Of a stretch of DNA of 64,000 nucleotides, positions 57,501 through 64,000 are shown piece by piece. This stretch comes from Enoplolaimus lenunculus (Eukaryota), in the NCBI GenBank assembly GCA_030248215.1, contig JASANG010003130.1:372001-436000 (forward strand), written 5' to 3'. Position numbers and translations under genes: made by a program. The notes below the pieces were generated by a model, which saw only the letters and a list, made by a program, of their open reading frames with translations, was not told the DNA's origin and did no database searches. The first letter of the stretch is position 1. Each line of letters begins with the position of its first letter.

Positions 57501-57780
57501 AAAGAGAGGGGACTGATATTTATTTGGGCGATGACGTAAGGTTATACTTAAGAATGTACTTTCAAAACTTAAGTGTGCTTTAAAGTTTCAACCTCAACTT
57601 TATTTGGGCCTAGAGTTATCTATGCACTACAATTAGGGACCATTGAAATTTATGGACTCTATTTAAGGTTTAGGGACTCTATCCGCTTACGGGATCTTAT
57701 TAGGGATACGGGCTCCTATTGATTTGAACTCAAAATGGGGACCCCCTCTTATCCCCCCTCATATACGGATCACTAAAGTA
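57501..57780 (-). mobile_element. Internally deleted copy of the CTGTAGTGACCCG MITE
   Basis: Colinear with 997-1365. Confidence 0.7.
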
Positions 57781-60599
57781 ACTCGAAGGCATACTATAAC
57801 TATTCAATCCATACTGTATAACATCGGTCCGTTCTCATCCCCTCTCCCTGACCTTTTCAAGGGCTGCTTGTTTAAAATGTTTTGTTTGTTTTCAAATTTT
57901 CGTATCATAAAATCTTGTTCAGTCACATACTGTACCAGAATTGGTTGTACAAACCCCATAATATCCAACCAAGATTGTCATAACAAAAATTCAAACCCCT
58001 TTTTAAATATTCGATTATTAAAAGACAACGTCTGAATTGTGAAGTCAAATAATTTCAATTTAAAAATTACTTCCGCCTTGTGTAAGAGCCAAACATCACA
58101 GAAATGGTACAAGCGTTAAAATTAGTGATGCTGTTGCTGATGCTAGGGAATCCGATCCCACCAGAGAATAAATGAAATCCGGCCTCTTGTGGGATATTAT
58201 TTTATGGCTGTGTGCCGCGCCACTGGCTACAACAGACTGAAATTTAAATTTTGAAACTGTTGTTGTACATGATTGCGATAGCTTCATAAGTTACCAATAG
58301 AGGTATACCAACTAGCACATTCGAAATGTTTAGGCTTATACTTAATTTTAGGCTTAATGAGCAAAACGCTCTTATGCTTCACATAGGCGGACCGTTTACA
58401 CTATTCCGGTGCAAAAACTTAGATTCAGTTTCCGGCTAAATTTTAGTTTACGTTCCACCCTGTCGTGTTGATATTGAATGTCTGAACGGTAAAACCATTT
58501 TTAGCATCATTTGCAAACACAATACTTGGCTATACGAAAGAACGCAGGGCTCAGGTTACTTATGTGATATTTGAACTGTCTAAAACAAATAGACCGCATC
58601 AGCGTGTATTGGAACTTATTATGCGGTTTGGAGAGAGACTTATATAGCAAAAAGATACATTAACCACTACGCCGAGAAACGAACAGTAAAACACTACTTC
58701 AGTGAGCATTAATACAGTAAGGCCACAATCTCCTAGTTATATCTAAATGTTTATTATATAATTGTGCCGATTTTGATATATTAATAGCTGAATTGAATAC
58801 AAATTAGTTTCTAAAAATAGATCTGTACTTTTCTAATCAATATAAAGCAAGTATGGCCGCCTGATACGTATTTTGGGTAACTTTCCTGCAGTATGGACGT
58901 AATATTAATTTGGTCATAATGAACTGTTGTTTGGAAACACGAAACCTATGATAAATTTTGTTTCTAGAGTATTTTGGCACATATTCTATGCATGTACCCT
59001 TCTGAATACTTTTTTAGAGTGCTAATCTATTTGTGCAAAAATCATGGTTTTGAATTATCAAAATTCAGCATTATAATTTCCGATTGGAAATGCATATATC
59101 ATTCTACAAGAATTAAAATGACCTGTTGGATTGTAGAATTCTAAAAATGAAATTATGCAGTTCCGAAATGAAATTCTCTCTGTCCGTACTGCTTCTGATA
59201 CAGTTGTCAACAATTCTTATCCGCTATAACCATGCGAAACTTTCGTACATCTATCTATATAAATAGCGTATTTCACATAGCACACTAGGGTGCTTTACAA
59301 CTCAAAAGTTTTAATCTCAAATTGAACCTGAGAAATCCATTAGCGAAACACAGGCGAGTAGGACTTAAATTTGAGTGAAAAAAATGGGTTTTAAAGTTAG
59401 AGCTTTGCCGAACGGAGGCAACCGAATACATATAATAAGACCTTGAGGCAAGGTTTGTGAATTAATAAACGTTCAAAGAACAGCATCAGGTATGCAGCAC
59501 CAGTGGGGGCGGTCAAAGAGACTCAGAGGCTCTACCGACAAATTTTAACCCCTTAGAAAAGCTTTATCCCAGCAAGTAAATCATGTAAAATTGCTTCAAG
59601 CCCTCCTTTTTGGACCCACCTAGCATGTTCGGCGTCTAACAGGCCAGGACTCTAGTCCGGACGCCATACAAATTGATTTTATGTCAAACTGTATTGTGGT
59701 GTGGCGTTTTTACTGTGCGGCGCTTTTTACACGCGAGTACATACAGACAAAATCATATTGTTACAAGCGCATGACAGAAAATGACGTTCGTATACAGGGC
59801 GATAAATACAATAGATTCCTAATGTTAAACAATAGGTACTTTTACAGGTTTAACAATTAACTTTACTTCGTTTTTGACTATATTTTCTCTCGCTATCTGC
59901 GACCACTTACAAATACCTTTGTTTAAAAGTATAACCCTCCCAAGATCAAATCTTGTCTGCGCCCTACGACAATATTAGCCGATTATGATTGAAACTCAAG
60001 AAAAGGTTTCTTAACCCATATTATAAACGTCTGAGGTGGAAAATCAAAACCCAGGCATGCATGATAAACAGGCGTCAGTAATCATAGAAAAAATTGGCTC
60101 GTAGACACAGATTGGGTAGTAATTTTCTCTAAAGAGTGGAAACTTAATTTTTTAGCCGTAGATGGACTCAAGCCAAATTATATTACCCTCGACTCGCCTT
60201 TACTCATCGTTAATTTTTCTTCAGTGTTCGGAAAGAAACGAGTATAATTTTTTATATAAATAATATTTAACTTTTTTGATTAAAAAGAACAATTTTAATA
60301 CAGTAATAAATAATCACTTGTTAATACAAAAACGATAAAACAACTTTAGTTTCGTCATATGTTATCGCAATTTTAGGTGCGTAAAGGTTAACAAATTTTT
60401 ATCCGCGCTTTGGAATATATTAAATGTTGGTATATTTACCTAATTCAGATATTTCACAAAGCATCCTTCGTTAATACGCGGGCGACTTGTGACTTTGATC
60501 ATACAGGTTTAATAGTGGTTTTTAACATCAGAAACTCTAACGTAAAATTATAGACAAGGTCTGCCGTCAGACTAAATAACTGCTAGCCAGAGGTTCTTA

Positions 60600-60803
60600 C
60601 ACTGTAAACAATGGGGCGTCAAATTGACTCTCTCGGAAACAGGCTTTTCCTGACTACACAAACTGAGTCAAATTTGACTCCTCCGCCAGAGTCAAATTCC
60701 ATTCACTGTTGACTCTGGCGGAGTCATATTTGACTCAGTTTGTGTAGTCAGGAAAAGCCTGTTTCCGAGAGAGAGTCAATTTGACTCCCCATTTTTTACA
60801 GTG
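60600..60803. mobile_element. Palindromic CACTG-ended MITE
   Basis: ta|CACTGTAAA...TTTACAGTG|ta; near-perfect hairpin. Confidence 0.88.
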
Positions 60804-61534
60804 TACTGTCACATTTAATATACATTATATATAACTACTAGTATTTGAAGCACCTGTTTAATATTAACAGAAATAAAAATATGCTACTTTCGACATCGTT
60901 CCCGCTAATTAGACTCACTAGAGCAGAAATTATTGTGACAATTTGTTTAAATGTCTTATTTTTCGACGGAGGTGCTGCAGGCTAACTGTATGCTAACTGG
61001 GAATTGAGCCAGGGTGGGACAATTGAGATTGGTTATGTTTTCTGAAATAATTTTCGTTCTTCTAGAAACGTTTTAGCTCCACTTGTACGCTTGTTATTTC
61101 AACCGCACGCCCCTCGTCAAAAATTGGTTTTGCTTCCTCACACGGTGAGCTGGCTGTGGAGCTGACGCGGACCAGAAACAAGGCTTTCGAACAGCGGGTG
61201 TAATTACCTGTACAATTTTCAATGCGTTACAATAAGTCAAATTAACTTTTACAATGCGGTAACAAAATATTTCGGTCATTTATGCCAGGTAGGAACTTAG
61301 GCCAGATAGGAACCGTTATTAAAGGACCTTACCCTTGAAAAAATGTATACCTGATGTATATCTTTGAAACATAACCTGTCGACTGGTTATCGGTCTTTTA
61401 TTTCAAGTAGTTTTTGGTCGCAAAAGAACAAAAAAATGAAGGTTTTGCGGCTTAGTAAATAGTAACACCAAAAATAGATCATTCCAATCTGATTAACAAT
61501 ATATAATATGCAAATGGGAAGAATGATAGATGCT

Positions 61535-61712
61535 CAGTGGCGGATCCAGGATTTCTAAATGGGGGGGGGGGGGCAAAATTTCACAGGTAATAAACTAATT
61601 TTTTCACCCACACACAAACCACGAACTATTGCCATAAAACTGCTATATAATTTTTGTCGAGATGCTGTTGGAGGGGCCACTGCCTGGGTGCTCCCCCATG
61701 GATCCGCCATTG
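61535..61712 (+). mobile_element. hAT-type MITE (CAGTGGCGGATCCA TIR)
   Basis: Perfect 8-bp TSD TAGATGCT. Confidence 0.9.
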
Positions 61713-62166
61713 TAGATGCTACACATCATACAGATTGAAAAATACTGGCAAAGCAGTGACGGATATGCAAATTCTTTTGGGCAAAAAAGCGAAAAGCTTA
61801 GCAGTTTTTTACTAACAAAAAATTTTGGTTTTGATTCCTACTGGCCTATGCAATTAGCCTGGCGTGTCGGCCCCTTCAATCCTCCAGTGGCCCAAAGAAC
61901 AAATATTTATACACATTGGTAAACAATATTAGTATTCCGGAAATCAAATATAAAATTGTGTATTCATTCAATGCGTTTAAAGACTATTTCCGATATTGTG
62001 CCAGGCAATTTTGTATTGTTTCATGAAAACCAATCTGCCTCAACATAGCGGATTTGATATTCCGTTGTTTATTTCTAACTGAAACCGTAATAGAACGAAA
62101 TGTATACACGGTTGTGGTATTGAGAGAGTAGAAACGTTTTAATAAATCGACTGGGGTACGTCTTAG

Positions 62167-62450
62167 GGCCCCATGTAAAGATCAGGGGCGGAACGATTTT
62201 TGTGGGATTAGAACAGAGTAAGCGTAAGCTTTAGACTATTTTTTGCATGGCTTAACTTAGGCTTAGGTTTAAGTTTAGGAATAAGCTCATTCGTACGCTT
62301 AGGCTTAGGCTTAGGCTTAGGAATATGTTCATTCTTACGCTTAGGCTTAGGCTTAGGAATATGATCATTCTGACGCTTAGGCTTAGGCTTATGTTTTAGG
62401 CTTAGGAATATGCTTTTAATACTGTTCCGCTCGTGTTCTTTACATTGGCC
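62167..62450 (+). mobile_element. TTAGGC-bearing GGCC MITE with an expanded internal module
   Basis: CATGTAAAGATCAGGGGCGGAAC...GTTCCGCTCGTGTTCTTTACATTGGCC; four TTAGGC blocks; no clear TSD. Confidence 0.8.
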
Positions 62451-62601
62451 GATGAAGAAAAGAAAAAATGTTCCCTGGAATACTCGGGTGTCTCCATTTG
62501 CGTAGGTTGTTTGACAAATGTTTGCTTATATGAGCGGCAAAGCAATTTAAATGTTGAAATCTAACAACTTAAAAAGTGGTGGAAAAATTTAGTTTGGACT
62601 T

Positions 62602-62814
62602 GGTCCATGTATAGAACAGGGCCGGATAGTTTTCCGTATTGGCTATATTAGAGTCAGTTTAAGCTTTATACTAATTTTTTTGCTTAGGCTTGCATAGGCT
62701 TAGGCTTAGGCTTAGGTTTAGGAATAGGCCCATCCATACGCGTAGGCTTAGGTTTAGGCTTAGGCTTAGGAATATGCTTATACTACTGTTCCGGCCCTGT
62801 TCTATACATAGGCC
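62602..62814 (+). mobile_element. TTAGGC-bearing GGCC MITE
   Basis: 25-bp TIR GGTCCATGTATAGAACAGGGCCGGA / TCCGGCCCTGTTCTATACATAGGCC; TSD TTGGACTT/CTGGACTT. Confidence 0.88.
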
Positions 62815-63930
62815 CTGGACTTTACCAAAATAATTCTTCCTTTCAACGCCGGGTCCTCTTAGCACGCCTCCGCCAACTGGCGATTCAGGGTGCGCTAAGT
62901 ATGGCTCTTGCCAGATTCACCTAAAATGCGGTTCACGTTTAAACTGGTACAGTAAAATATGGTGTATATTTTGAAACCAGTTGGATATAGTGAAATACTA
63001 AATTGCAATTTCTGTTGTGATATCTGTTTTTATTTTTTATATCCAAAAAATGCCCGCAAACCAATAAGAAAAATTAAAAAATCACAAGAATTATAGCCCA
63101 ATTTGATTTTTGCACAAAATCATAATTCCGGCTGTTATTTTTTAAACGCGAGCGAAATTAGGCTAAAAGTCTATAATACATTATAATCTTATTAATTTAA
63201 CTCCAGACTATGCTTCAATTAGTTTCAAAAATTAATAACGGCATGGCGGACACATTTTAAGAGTGTTCACAGAAACATAATCACAATTTCATTTTGGCAT
63301 GCGAAACCTTTAAATTGATGCATTATACGAGCAAACTTAGCAACCGGGAATAATTGTTTGCCCTCTTTATCCAAACAGTTTATTCTAAAGCCTGTAAAAT
63401 TGTCATTTTGTCGTTTCTCAAGAAACGACAAAGTTTCTGTCGAACCACAAATTTTGACAGAATTAAACGCGTATGCGAAAGGGGCTAACGAGTCAGTGGT
63501 ACCGCGGCTCCCATATCGATAAGCTGCGTCCTGCGGACACCAAATTATTGAAACATTTTTTAACATTTTCCGTCTGTACTTAAAATTAATTTTAATCGCA
63601 TAATTCGGTCCAAAAAGTATACGTATTTCAAGGCTTTAATACGCTACTGTTTAGTACGGATGAGACTTGAAAGTAACAAATTTGAAATGCAAGCAAAATC
63701 TGTAAAAGTCCAAGCACCAGGATACGCAGTGTGCGTGTCCATGGGTGAAAAGGTGATTTTAAATTTAAAAAGAATATTTTGTATATTTGGACTCTAGAAC
63801 CAATAAGGTTCTAAAGCATGTAAAAGTGTACTTTTCACGTCTCTCCAGAAATTTTGGAAATTATAGTATCGTATCATGTCTATGCGCCCATGTGGGTAGC
63901 TAAATTTTCGATTTACACCCTAGCATGATG

Positions 63931-64000
63931 CTGTAGTGACCCGAATAAGGAGGGGAGACTGATACTTATTTGGCCTTTCCAGAGGGTGCCCTTATGTTAT
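63931..64000 (-). mobile_element. Start of a further CTGTAGTGACCCG MITE copy (cut by window end)
   Basis: Matches 997-1070. Confidence 0.7.

Noticed and set aside
62167..62814. True telomere or telomere-addition site
   Set aside because: TTAGGC blocks are short, degenerate, enclosed by TIRs (with a TSD at 62602), and followed by ordinary sequence.
1..64000. Autonomous transposase, rRNA, tRNA or SL1 RNA gene
   Set aside because: None recognised; no DDE/RT motifs in any listed ORF, and I did not see the SL1 22-mer.

Overview
AT-rich eukaryotic genomic DNA, most likely a nematode (inferred from ubiquitous TTAGGC telomere-type repeats and TTTCAG-type 3' splice sites). The ORF track is mostly noise because the genes are spliced. 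Two convergent multi-exon genes can be reconstructed by hand. (1) On +, a complete 17-exon SVOP (SV2-related MFS transporter, 538 aa) at 7593-27448. (2) On -, a gene of at least 7 exons (57298-35087, about 1,690 aa) for a large, largely disordered protein. It has a duplicated (Y/F)AFGSSTPR motif resembling invertebrate Ensconsin/MAP7, a 3.17-kb giant exon, and only phase-1 introns. Introns and intergenic DNA are a mosaic of at least 10 families of short non-autonomous TIR elements (MITEs) with 2-, 3- or 8-bp target-site duplications (TSDs), nested insertions and minisatellites. I recognised no transposase. The most notable observations are: several unrelated MITE families carry the telomeric repeat TTAGGC as internal cargo, one of them with G..C termini and 8-bp TSDs (Merlin-like); a perfect 131-bp higher-order repeat has arisen inside a MITE; and one MITE's TSD duplicated a splice donor.
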